From Takakia lepidozioides (Eukaryota; Plantae; Bryophyta): a stretch of DNA of 64,000 nt. The notes below the pieces were generated by a model that worked only from the letters and a program-made list of their open reading frames with translations, searched no databases and was not told where the DNA came from. Where the stretch lies: positions 37,882,001-37,946,000 of the forward strand of contig CM060734.1 in assembly GCA_030704615.1 (NCBI GenBank). The letters run 5' to 3'. Shown here piece by piece: positions 1 to 12,300 of this stretch (the stretch's first letter is position 1; each line of letters starts with the position of its first letter). The position numbers and the translations under genes were made by a program.

Positions 1-1614
1 TGTGGGTGGGCCCAATGGCCCCCAAATCCATGAACTCCATCAAATGATTTTCTTCCTTTCTTCCTTTCCTGCAATTGGAGCATATTTTTCCCTCTTCCAG
101 AAAACTTTTTCAGCCTCGAGTCTTGGGTCCCAGCGAACCTGGCACAGATAATAATTAGAATTTAATAATTTAATTTTAATAACAATAAATCCGTCCCAGG
201 ACCGAGTCCACGGCAGGGAGGGAGGGAGGGAGGGGAAGGCGGGGGCAAGAGAAGAAGGGAGGGAATAAGGAGGAGGGCGTGAATGCCATTCGTCACATGT
301 TGGGAGCACGTATGCATGTTGCAAAGTGCTTAAGAGAATAACGGATGCGTCAAGGGTGCACATGAATATGACGCCTCCAGCATCCCACGCTATCCAGCTC
401 ACGGGATCGTGTCGGGGGACGCATATAAAATTTGCAGTGCAAGGCCTGGGAATAATCTGTCGGGAGTGCTTAGTGGTCAGAGGAGTTGGGTATTAATAGT
501 GTATGCTGCGCCCATGATGCCAGTGTTTGTGAATAGTAATTTACGGAGAGTGCATGTGGATGCTGCTAAGGTCTATCATATTTCTTTATGTTTTTGCTAG
601 ATTCTGGTGTCGGTATATATTTTTGTTCTCCATCTCTGTGCTCTCATCCTTCAAGCTGTCTTAGATCACATTCTTTCACTTGAGTGCGTACCTAGATCGC
701 TTGACCAGTGAGTATATGCATCCACAACTCTGCGAAAGCAGCAGGGATTCAACTGGTGTGTACGTGTGTGTTGTTGTGGTCCTGAATTAGACCTTGTGAG
801 AGGCTAAGCAACTTTACATCATCATGATTGGACCGATTGCACCATTGATAGTGGCTTGCAGGAAGGCCGCCCTCCATATCTTTGTCGTTGGCAACATTGG
901 TGACCAGCAGGCCCTCACATTTGAAGTGCAGTCTGTGGTACAGTTTTAGCTTACTGAACGCTTTTGAAGCGCCTGGACAAGTTCAGAGGCCAAGCCTGCG
1001 AATGACCTACAGCCATGACTCATCTCCGGCACAGGTAACTTGAGACAGGACCGTCTGCTTGACAACGACGACTCCTGTCTATACACAGACTGGTTTCACG
1101 GCACTGATGATGTTGGCGCCCCAAGCCAAACATCAATCCAAAAATCCCTTCTGCCAGTTATTATAGAAGAGCCGTCCGGCATGGACGACAATATTTGGCC
1201 AGAGCTGAACCTGTCCCACCATGTGGGGAACGATGAGCGGGTTTCAGATACCCACATGGCCGATACTTCTTACTGTAATAGAACCGAGGCTGTGAGCAAC
1301 TTTACTACAGGCGGGATGCAGCTCCAAGAGAAGGTAGGCTCGCCACCTCCGTCCGGGACAAGTTAATGAGTCTGATAGGCATACATTGGTGGGATATAGG
1401 AGTGGAAACATGCATACAGACGTCGCAGAGAAAGGTGAGGGATCAAGCACCGGGCAAGCTGCGTGTGATGAATCGCATGGGTTATAATTCTGCTAGACAT
1501 ACTAGGCTGGGTCATGGACAACTTCAGTTAATTCTTAGACTAGATTCATGAGGAGAACAATCAGCTTACATATCCTGACTTACGGCCGGAGAGTCTGTCG
1601 CTGAGCCGGCATTA

Positions 1615-2543
1615 GTGGAAACCGAATTACAGTCTATGGGACTGTTGATCTGCGACACTCAAGGAGTAGCTTCCCAGGTTGTTCCAATTACTAGCAGCCT
1701 TGGAGGCCTGTCTCCTGCACGCAAGCAGGCGCAGCGAGAAACTCACAGCTATAGGCTAGAGATGCCAGGTCAAATTTTGTATCGAGAGCGAGTTAAGGAT
1801 AGGGTGGCCTTCTCTTCCCCCCTATATAGTGCAGCATCCAGTCAGCTAGTCACGAGTGAACGTGAGAAAGCAGGCCACTCTGGATTGCACATGTCAGACC
1901 AGGGATCGGCAGCCTGGGGAGCTGACATGTACCCCAACAATGTGCAGATCATAGCGGCGGAAGCTGCAGGAAATACCATAAGGTCAATACCGGCCAGACC
2001 ATCCAATCAGCAACCCGGAGAGTCTTGTTGGGCAGAGCACCTGTTGACACTATGCTCGACAGCCATAGCTAGCACGAATATTGTGCGCACACAGCACCTC
2101 ATGTGGGTTCTGAATGATTTGGCATCCCTTACGGGCGATGCAAATCAAAGACTGGCTGCCTACGGGCTTAAGGCCCTCTTCTGTAGAGTCACAAACGGGG
2201 ATGAGTCAGCAGCATCTTATGACATGCGTCCAACAATCAATCAGGTCGGGACCCTCGGCCCCAAGACAGTGCATAGAGCGCTGCTCAAGTTCCATGAAGT
2301 CAACCCCTGGCACAAGATGGTCTACACGGTTGCCAATGCCTCCATACTGCAAAGCTTTGTGGGACATAGCCACTTGCATGTCATCGATATCGGTGTGTCA
2401 CAAGGCACACAGTGGCCTGTATTCATTGATGCCCTGGTCACACGAGTTTTCGGGCCTCCAGCACTCCTGCAGATAACGACACTGAAGGACCAGGGTACTC
2501 CATTGACTGCGGATGCCCAGATGAGCTCCTCTTATGGGGAGTT
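1615..2543 (+). pseudogene. NSP1: GRAS transcription factor, NSP1-like (SHR-related); 5' part, interrupted by a Copia insertion
   Basis: Translation contains WAEHLLTLC...QHLMWVLNDLASLTGDANQRLAAYGLKAL, LLKFHEVNPW...ANASILQ and HLHVIDIGVSQGTQWP (VHIID motif), resembling NSP1. The frame stops at the Copia LTR (2544). Upstream in-frame stops at 1549 and 1576 leave the true start unresolved; ORF 1040-1366 may belong to this gene. Confidence 0.8.
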
Positions 2544-2816
2544 TGTTGGAAGTTAGCACATTAGGACCATGTTGCCTTCCATCTAGTTAGCTGACTACAA
2601 CGGAGATTAAAGGAATGTCAGTCCCATAGCTCTCTGCATGCTCACGAAATGGCATGCAGACTTGTCTTATACTTAGATCTTATGTGGGCGTTTCTGGTCC
2701 ATTAGTCTGCGACGATCAGGTTCTCACTTATCTAGGTCACTCATCCGTCACCAGTGGACATCTATTTATTCCCATCCCCGTTCGGGGTTAATCGTCAATA
2801 CACACAAATTTCAACA
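2544..2816 (+). repeat. 5' LTR of Copia-1
   Basis: Direct repeat of 14301-14570; about 6 substitutions and a 3-bp indel by manual comparison. Confidence 0.95.
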
Positions 2817-2895
2817 TGGTATCAGAGCTCAGCTCTTAGGTCCTGTGTGATTGAGAGACTTGAGTTTGAGTTCCCGTGAACTCTGAGGAGCCACG

Positions 2896-5728
2896 ATGTC
2901 GTTCTCCAACATGTCGTCTCTTGATGTGACGAAGGTCACATTTGGTGAGAGTGATAAACTCATTGGTGCCCAAAACTATCAAGTTTGGTCATTTAAGGTT
3001 GAGCAAATCCTACGTGAAAAGGATTTGTGGGAGATCATAGTTCCTCCGACTACTGAGGAGTCTCAGGAATTTTTCACTGGAGGTGACTATTCAGACCAGG
3101 AGCAGACTTCTGGTCAGACTGCGGCGGTGCGCACTCAGAAGAAGAAGGACCGGGCGATCATCATCTTCACTGCCACGGTGCACAACTCAATCATTCCCAT
3201 CGTCAAGAGGCTCCGTGATGATCCTGCCAAACTTTGGTCGACGTTGCAAAAAAAATCGAGTCCTCAGCAATCCAGCGGAAGTTGGACCTAAAGACTGAAC
3301 TTCTTGAAGCAAAGATGCCAGAGGGAAGCTCAATTGAGGAATATCTCAAGAAGGTTGAGCGTCTTGTGATGAATCTTGGGAGCATAGGAGAAGAGGTTCC
3401 CGAAAAAGAATTGATTCAAATCGTTCTGAGAAATCTTCCTGAGAATTGGTCTGCCTTCAAATCCATCTACGATGTAATGTATGCAAAAGATTCAGAAGCA
3501 ACCTTCACGGATCTGGAGGAGTACCTTCAAGCAGAAGAACTTCGACGCAAGCCTCGGGGAGAAACTGAGGAGCAGTCTCTGGTGGCAGCGTCCAACTTCA
3601 GACGAGGGGAAAGCAGCAACCGTGGCAGGGGTCGAAGTGGTCGCGGAAGAGCCAATGGGTGAGGTAGATCCCAGCGTCCTGACAAGAAAGGTGACATCTG
3701 CAACTACTGTGGAAAGCGAGGGCATTGGGAAGCCGACTGCTTCATCAAGATTGCCAACAATGAAATCAAGACCATGTCTGTATCCCAGCTTCGAGATCTT
3801 CAGCAGAAGATCACGGACATAAAAAGTCCAGGTCAGAAGTCTTATCTCGCAGAAGGTGGAGATATTGGCGATAGTGGATCAGACAACGGTGAGAGTAGCG
3901 AATCCAACCGGCTTTCACCATTGAAGCTATGTTGAGTGAATTTGATTTCAAGTCCAGTGGTTAGTCCAGCAGCCAGTCGTGGATTTTGGATTCAGGTGCC
4001 ACTGCGCACATAAGTTGTGATAGAGAATCATTTTCTGAGCTCAAAACTGAGTCTCCAGTTACCAATGTGCTGACTGCAAGTGGCACAAAAATGCCTGCGT
4101 CAGGATCTGGTTGTATTAAAATTGCTGGCAATAAAACCATCTCTGATGTTCTCTACGTGCCGAGTGTGACAAAAAATCTTCTGTCAATGGAAAAGCTCAC
4201 TGACCGTGGACATCTTGTAATGTTTGACTCTAGTCACTGTTATGTGATGGATAAACACAACTCGTCGAAAGTCTTTCTCAGGGGTACTCATGACCCACAC
4301 AACAGACTGTACCGGCTGGATGTGGCCAAAACTGTTGGATCGTTGCCCCATACGAATACTCTTGTGGGAGTAGATGCTTGTTAATGCATGCAAATGTATG
4401 GGCATCTTGTAATTTGGTGGAACCTAGCGACAAGACACAAAGGGATCTGTGGCATCGTAGAATCGGCCATGCCAGTCACCAACGTCTCAATTATATGACA
4501 AGGCATCAACTGGTAGAAGGCGTCCCTACTCTTCCACTCATCAAAGAAGTCTGTGAAATCTGTGTTAAGTCTAAACAACACCGACAAAAAAAACCCAAAG
4601 CGGCTGTCAACCGTGCAACAAGGCATCTTGAGTTGATACACACCGACTTGTGTGGTCCACTGCCTACAGCGTCACTCAGCGGAGCAAGGTACATCATGAC
4701 ACTCATTGATGACTTCTCTCGGTATTCTTGGGTGTTTTTCTTAAAGCACAAAAGTGAAGCATTTGATAAATTCAAATTATTCAAACATCAAGTAGAGAAT
4801 CAGCTACTACACAAGATAACATGTCTTCGTAGTGACAGAGGGGGGGAATATATATATATGATCAATTCTCTCGATTCTGTCATAGTCAAGGCATTCGTAG
4901 ACAGCTGACAGTTGCAAGAACCCCACATCAAAACAGTGTAGCCGAACGCAAAAACAGAACCTTGCTTGAAATTGTTCGAAGTTTGTCAATTGAATCAAAC
5001 ATTCCAGCATTTATGTGGGAGGAAATGGTCAGAGCTGCCAACTATATTAACAATAGATGCAGCACCAGAGCATTGAACCAATCGACCCCGTTTGAATGTC
5101 TCACCAGGACCAAACCAAATATCAGTCATTTTCGTGTGATTGGTAATACTGCATTCGTACATGTTCCAAAGGAAATGAGAGACAAATTAGGTTCTAAGTC
5201 TATTAAATGCGTTCTGGTAGGATACGATGACCAAAGCAAGGCCTATAGGTGCTTTGATCCACAGACCAGAAAAATACTAATAAGTCGAGACGTCATCCTT
5301 GACGAACTCAAACTTGGTGATTTTTCTAAAAGTTCTACAGAGGCTCCTGGCAGTATTCTTGATCTTTTTCCTCCCGACGACAGTGATTCTTCTTCTCAAA
5401 GTCCCTTGGCCCCGGAGGAGCAACGACAGGAAGGACATGAACGCGAGCACAATTTTCCTCCTTATACTAGGGAGGACGAATTTCATGAAGCCGGCGACAC
5501 TGTTCCTGAACTCGGCGACACTGCTCCAGCAACAATTCAATCTTCACCTGTTCGCACCAGAAGGTCTTGTCCACTTCCTCCTGTTCGGCCTCCTTCATCC
5601 AGAGTTAAGTCTGATCCTTATAAATATTTAGGGTATCAAATGTACCTCTCAACAACCGAACTAGACTTGGGATTTGCATTGGTTGCCGACTCTCCAAATG
5701 AGATTCGGTTTGAGGACACAATTTCAGA
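2896..5728 (+). pseudogene. Copia gag-protease-integrase (frameshifted)
   Basis: NYQVWSFKVEQILREKDLW (gag), zinc knuckle near 3700, DSGATAH (protease), LWHRRIGH and HTDLCGP/RSDRGGEY (integrase), spread over several frames. Confidence 0.92.
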
Positions 5729-5916
5729 TGTCATGCGCATACATATCGCTACACAACTACATCGTTGTCCAAAACCACACAACACATGTGCACACCACAC
5801 ACTAGTATACCACTAGTCCACCACTAGTCTAACCACTAGTCCAACCACTAGGCTACAACTAGTCAGTCACTAGGCTACCACTATGCTGCCCACTATGGCA
5901 GTCACTAGTCCACACA
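5729..5916. repeat. Terminal repeat block A (outer copy)
   Basis: Direct repeat of 6218-6405 (about 8 differences in 188 bp); contains CCACTAGT sub-repeats. Confidence 0.9.
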
Positions 5917-5920
5917 ATAA

Positions 5921-6405
5921 TAATAAAGAAGAATACAAGCACAAGCTCACAAATCTGAAGCATAAACTCATGCATATATAACCTCATCACTCAAATACAA
6001 GTCAAGCCAAGTGCACCCCACGCCATGGGGAATCCACACTACGCGGTGAGGCTCAACTCGAGAAAGATGAGCCTCTCGCGCTTGCCGTGAAGATAACCAC
6101 TCCAAGGCCTAAATCTGCCTTGACCCCTAGATTGACACTTGGGCCAATCCCAAATGTCAATATGTAAAAGCTAGCTATTTCCTAGCTAGTTTCACACTAG
6201 TATTTTAACTTGACAGCTGTCGTGCACATACATATCGCTACACAACTTCATCGATGTCCAAAACCACACAACACATGTGCACACCACACTCTAGTATACC
6301 ACTAGTCCACCACTAGTCCAACCATTAGTCCAACCACTAGGCTACAACTAGTCAGTCACTAGGCTGCCACTATGCTGCCCACTATGGCAGTCACTAGTCC
6401 ACACA
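5921..6405 (-). repeat. Complete LTR-like unit (B 5921-6215, GC, A' 6218-6405)
   Basis: On the minus strand it is preceded by a purine tract (CTAGGGGGGCG, about 6408-6418) and starts TGTGTGG. B repeats 12301-12558 and A' repeats 5729-5916. Central palindrome TGACA-GC-TGTC. Confidence 0.8.
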
Positions 6406-6665
6406 ATCGCCCCCCTAGCTGGTGCTTAGGTCCCTTTAAGTTCAGGTAGCCACAAGATGTGATAGTTACCATAGCCTCACTAAGTCCTCCACCACTGTCC
6501 CTACTACACTCAAACTCGATAGATCAAGAGGCCGGGTGCAAGAGTTGCCCCATCGTTAGTCGCCGTTTTGCAACCTGTGAGCTTGAGCTTGGGATCTCGT
6601 GTATTGACTCCTATGAGCTTGGCCTCCCATGTCTTGTTAGCTGCTTCTAGTCATGTCCACTGCCA

Positions 6666-8170
6666 CTATCCCAAGCAGTGTGGACACAACCAATCTCCGT
6701 CAGGAACCTTCTCAAGAGGTGATGTCAAGCATATCATATGCCAACCCCTTGAGCATCAATCACACACCAGCATGGTGGCTGCCTCTTTGGCAGACCCACA
6801 GAGCATGCACCTCAAACCTGCAGGTACCACTGCCAAGTTTGGGTCAACTCTGCCATCGACATTGGGAAGGTGACATGACGCACAATTACGCACATGGTCT
6901 TTCCAAGTCATGCCATCCCGACCCTCCAAGATCAGGACTCCTGAGGGCAACACCTCTCGAACCCTCAGAATAACATGCCCTGCAGTGACATCCAGGGTCG
7001 TAGGAGCAGTCTGCTGCAAATAAACATAGTCACCGGGGTTAAACCTCCGAACCCCAGGACAATATCCTCCACCACATATAGTGGCATACCTCAACGTATC
7101 ACGGTGTTGTGCAATGGCAAGGTTCTCAAAAGCCATGGGCATGACTTTCTTGAACAACTCTGCACGCTGATCACATGCACGTACCCACACGTCCGGATCA
7201 TCAAGGTTAAGGACTTGAGCAGTGTCCCTACGAATGGCTGCAGACAAATCCGGCTCTCGGCCAAAGAGAAGGAAATATGGTGAGAAAGGTGCAAATGATG
7301 CTTGTTTGCTGAACCTGCAACCCATGGCTAACCAAGGCACCTGAAGATCCCAATCTCCTAGGTGTCCTTTCTGCAAGCCATACTTGCGCAAACCCCTCTT
7401 CATCGTCTGAACAACTCTCTCTGCCAAGCCATCGGCCTCAGGATGATCCCGAGAAGTGGTGCGGTGGTCTATCAAGGTTTTATCACACAAAGCCTGAATC
7501 TTCCCCAAGAACTCTCTCCCTTGGTCCGTGAGTACCTCAGCTGGAGCACCGAATCGGCTAAGCACACGATCCAAGAATGCATACGCAACCCCCTCACTAG
7601 CCTTGTCAGGAAATGGAACCAACTCAATCCACTTGGAGAAGTGCTCCACCATCACCAACACATATCTGTGGTGGCGCATAGTCAGTGGCAACAGTTCTGC
7701 GAAGTCAAGACTCCACCTGTAGCCCAATCCCATGATTGGTAAAAGATGCAACTGTGGTGTAGGGGCGTTGAATGAAACACGCACCCTGTCACATACCATG
7801 TACCTAGCCACGAACTGTTGCACCTCTGTATGCATACCACGCCACCAATACTGCCCCTGTAGTAAACTGTGAGTGCGTCGTACTCCAAAATGCCCCAACT
7901 CCTCATGGGCATGCCGCACTAACCGTGCACGCTGTGTGGGATGAGGCACATCCTCACCCGACCATCCTCCCATATTCGGAGCAGGTGTATCCCCTCCCAC
8001 TTGAACCTCTTGGCTCGTTGCAGGATCCGATCCCTCTCCTTGGCAGTCACAGTGGCTGCCATGTCTCCAGTACGGAGGTAGTACAACACAGCCGAATCCT
8101 CATGTATATCTCTGGTACCACCTGGCTCATCACTAGCCTCAGGGTCCTCAGACACTCCGTCTATAGTCAT
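6666..8170 (-). pseudogene. Gypsy integrase (HHCC + DDE core) with C-terminal PHD finger
   Basis: AHEELGHFG..WWRGM, WSLDF / LTDQGREF / GLAERVVQT. Reading through the TGA at 6756-6758 gives CMLCGSAKEAATMLVCD*CSRGWHMICLTSPLEKVPDGDWLCPHC (C4HC3 PHD). Confidence 0.9.
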
Positions 8171-8202
8171 CCCTGTTGTAGGTCCAACCTGACCTCCCAG
8201 GG

Positions 8203-8400
8203 ATCTTGAGTCCTCATCTAAATCAAATACCTCTCCATGTCACTGTATCTATAGGGTCTCCAAAATATTGGCGTGTCAGTGGCCAACTCAATATGGATCT
8301 CTTGACCCTTCAGTGCTCCCAAATCCTTCAAACTGAAGGCAAAACAATTCATGTAAGCCCTCAGGAATCGCCGTATATGTCGTCTCTCTCCTCCGGTGAC
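8203..8400 (-). pseudogene. N-terminal stub of Gypsy reverse transcriptase; remainder of RT and RNase H deleted
   Basis: Manual translation FAFSLKDLGALKGQEIHIELATDTPIFWRPYRYSDMERYLI matches the start of Gypsy RT, then the sequence jumps to pre-integrase sequence. No YxDD motif found. Confidence 0.75.
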
Positions 8401-8490
8401 AATGGGTCCAATGTCAGGCTCCCAATTGTTTTCCGTAACTACAACCTTAAGTCCAGTGGGCTTAGAGGTAGATGACGCATCCAGTGGTTG

Positions 8491-9730
8491 CTATGTTGCA
8501 ACCTCTTGAGCAGTACTCCCTGCCTGCTCAATCAATGACAATGCCTCATCTTGCCCCATCATCTCATCCTCGAGGACTTCCTCAACCTGAGAAAAATCCC
8601 CAGCCTCATCCATCACCGCCACCTTGGCTGCCAACTCCCTCTGAACCTCGAGCACCTCCCACATGTGCCATGGATGCCTACACCCCGTGGTCCTCACATG
8701 CTCGCCCCCACTCACTGCCTGTACCGTCTCGGTAGGTTGAGAGACCAGCGAGGGAAGTGCACTCCGCACTCTGCGTTGCTCAGCCATAGCCAAGCTGATA
8801 ATGCAGGTCAAGCAATTGAGATCCACTGCTTGCCCCAACACCTGACGACGTGTTGCCTCAGAAAGAGACGGCACCGCCGTGGTACCTATGGTAAAACCCA
8901 TTGCCCGCTCACGCTCGTCAGCATTAGGCTCCACTAACTGCTGCAACTGAGCATCCCACAGGAGGCCAGGTCCACAATCGCGGAAAGCATGTGATCCTGG
9001 GAAGCTGAGCAGTGTAGGTAATGCTGCTCGTGGTTGACCCACCTTGTTGACCACTGCCAAATGCGAACGGTCATCGTGTCTCACACACTGAGACCGTCTC
9101 CTTGTGTCCATAATGCTATCCACTGTGAGATGTGCTGGCCGTTGCACCCCATCAAATGCATGCTTGAGCAATACGGGTGGCATCAAGTTAGTCCACCATA
9201 GCCGTGGACGATGAGCCCGTGATCCCACTGTAGCTGCATCTAACAACACTGCTGATTTAAGCCACGACCGGACTTGATGCACACTGGCCATCATCCTGGC
9301 CCGAGAATCGCCCATCAGTGGCACATTCTCCAAGATGTATGCTGGAGATACAGCTTGATGAAGCTGCAAGTGGCGCAAAACCAACACCATCTCCCAAAAC
9401 AGACCCGACCTCGAGTCTCGCAATCCATTGTCATGCCCGGCTGATGAATGCCCTTGGCAGGGCCAACCTGCCAATACCAGATCAATGGAGCCAACCCGCT
9501 CCAAATCCTGTGCCCCCAGCAACGAAATGTCTGCTGGCAAGGCCTGCTGATATCCACGAACTGCAGTCACCGGCAACAACTCAGGGTACCGCTGCACCAA
9601 CTGAGCAACATGGCAAAGTGAAACTCGTCGTGCAGTCTCATCCCTCTCCACATACAGGTAACGCCAAACTCGTACACCTGCCTGTAACACAGGTGTTGAT
9701 CCCGCCAAACAAGTCCAGAAAGACAAATGC
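8491..9730 (-). pseudogene. C5 cytosine DNA methyltransferase, DNMT3-like, within the retroelement polyprotein (one frameshift after motif I)
   Basis: Motif I FLDLFGGI (adjacent frame, about 9700), II YVERD, IV LAGWPCQG, GLFWEM, VI ILENV, VIII AHRPRLWWTNL, IX ERERAMGF, X RQVLGQ. Confidence 0.9.
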
Positions 9731-10102
9731 CTTCATCCGGATACTGCCACACAATAGATGTGGTGTCCAATGGAGACAATTGAGGTGGTCCTGGTGCAAT
9801 CCCTGCACTCTCCTCCTCTCCTGACGTATAAAAGCCTCAACCCAGGCTTGTTGCACCCGTCGATCAGCATCCCGCTGCAAATCCTTGCTCGTGCCCCACA
9901 ATGGAGTCTGAGCAACCATGGTAGGTAACTCCGCCATACCATACATGTCATCCTGCTCTCCCGGAGGTGGCACATCCTCTGAATGAGCGTTGCCCTCAAG
10001 CAACTCTCCAGGCCAACTCACTGCCACTGTGAATGCTGCTAGTGTCAGCATCTTGTCTCCTCCTATGAACGTCACAGGGAGCTGCACACGCCGGCCCTCC
10101 CC

Positions 10103-10429
10103 TTACTGCCATGCAGGCCTATAGGAAGCTGACTCCTCCCAAAAATCCAGGGTGAAGCCCATGGGGTACAACACTGCCCCACCAACCACGACATCATATG
10201 AGATCGCGTCTGTCACAATGGCCTTGGCTCGCATCACTGAGCCATCTGTAGGGTGATCCGGCCGTATTCTGATAGCCAACTCACGCCGTGTCATGCCCCG
10301 AGCCTGCTCCGATCCTCCCAGAGACGTCTGTATCTGGAAAGGACAAGGCTCCATATTCACCTCCGTGAGGCCCAAGCCTGCAATAGCAGCTCTGCCCAGC
10401 ATCAATGACTGAGCTCCCGAGTCCAACAA
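10103..10429 (-). pseudogene. Retropepsin-like aspartic protease
   Basis: LLDSGAQ...YDVVVGGAVL. The frame continues through one stop (10103) into ORF 9638-10087, which carries DNMT motif I. Confidence 0.8.
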
Positions 10430-11004
10430 GACACCACAAGAGAAACAATGATGGTCTGGTTGGTCATCACCCCAGCCTCACCATCGACAGCATGCTCTAG
10501 GACTGGCCGGTGATCAAATCCGGACCAATCACCTATAAAAACAAGCGCCCACACAAAACTAGCATGGCGCACAGTCAAGCATGCAGGTATGGAGGGGATC
10601 CAAACACAAGAAATCAAAACGACAACTCCCCCACACCAAAAACAACTCCACGGTGTTGCTTCTGCAAGGACACCCCAGCCCAAACCCGGACTGACTCTTG
10701 CCTCCACCTACGGAAAGGTCTTGGCCTAATGAGAGGGTGAAAACTACGAGGAAGAGAAGCTAAAGCAATGCCTAACCCCAACATGCCCTCATCCCAACAC
10801 TCTTCCTCTCCTCTCTTCCCTCACTTGCATGACCATGGGAATATCATGAAGATACTCCTCAGACCGCCCTCCACGAGCTTCAAAATTCGGCCTTCAAGAC
10901 CACATGCCAGTCCTTAGGCAGTCCACCAGTGCCTCCACGAGTCAGCACAGGCCGTCCACAGGTCAACACGGGCCACCACAGACCAGCACAAGCCCACACA
11001 GCTC

Positions 11005-11697
11005 ACTGGTCACAGCCGTCACAGCCCCACACAAGCCACAGCCTGTCACAGCCCTACACAGGTCACAGGGTCACAGCCCCACAGGCCGCAGCCTGTCACA
11101 GCCCGTCATAGCCCCAAAGGCCACATGTCACAGCCTGTCACAGCCCATCACAACCCCAAAGGCCACCGGCACAGCCCGTCACAGCCCCACAGGCCACAGC
11201 CTGTCCCAGCCCTCACAGCCCATCACAACCCCACAGGCCACATGGCACAGTCTGTCACAGCCCTACACAGGTCACAAGGGTCACAGCCCCTCACAGCCCC
11301 TCACAGCCCCACAGGCCACAGGGCACAGCCTGTCACTGCCCGTCACAGCCCCACAGGCCACATGGCACAGCCTGTCACAGCCCTACATAGGTCACAGGGG
11401 TCACAGCCCCAAAAGCCACAGCCCCTCACAGCCCCTCACAGCCCCACAGGCCACAGGGCACAGCCCACCACAACCTGTCACAGCCCATCACAGCCTGTCA
11501 CAGCCCGTCACAGCCCCACAGGCCACAGGGCATAGCCTGTCACAGCCCCTCATAGCCCGTCATAGCCCCTCAGGCCACAGAGCACAGCCTGTCACAGCCC
11601 CACAGGCCACTGGGCATAGCCTGTCACAACCCGCCACAGCCCCTCACAGCCCATCACAGCCCCACAGGCCACAGGGCATAGCCTGTCACAGCCCCTG
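11005..11697. repeat. Composite CACAG-based minisatellite inside the DNMT-Gypsy
   Basis: Dozens of CACAGCCC / CACAGGC / CTGTCACAG modules. Confidence 0.9.
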
Positions 11698-12300
11698 AAA
11701 CCCTAAGGCTTACATTTCCAGCCACAAGACACTCCTCTTGTGGTGCAAGAGCTCTTCTTCCAAGCTCTGAAACCCTAGGTGCACATTCCCTGGCCTTGCC
11801 GTACCTCTTAGCTCATGTTCCAGCCCTGCTCTTGCCATGACAAAAGCCCTCTCAATGCTGAAGCTCAAGATTGAAACCCACTCTCAACATACTCCACAAA
11901 GTGCACTGATTTGCCCCAAGCCAAATCAGCCCTTTCGCTTGGTCTTGCAATCCTTCACACAATGAAAGCTCGCATTCCCAAGTCCAGTTCTCAGCTTTGC
12001 CACCAAAGCCATTATAACTTGTTCTTGACTGGTCCTCTTCCCAATCGTGCTTGCTCATGCATGTACACAATCTGAAACCATCAAGGTGCTCTGGAATTAC
12101 CTGCAGTATGGTGCTTTCATCTCTGAAGCTGAAGATCAAATGCCAAGGTCTACCACCTCGTAACCCACATCGCCTCCGCTTCTAACAACCAAGAGCTCCA
12201 CGGTGCTCCTTGCATAACAACCTAGTTTCTTTCAAAACACCACAAGTGCTACAACTAACTCATATCTGGCACTCACAGATGCGAGCTCATCTTTCTCGAG

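Noticed and set aside
712-719. P1BS (GTATATGC) upstream of the NSP1-like gene
   Set aside because: Biologically plausible, but a single match with six fixed bases is expected by chance.
10904-11698. 264-aa plus-strand ORF and overlapping ORFs
   Set aside because: Artefacts of the CACAG minisatellite, antisense to the element.
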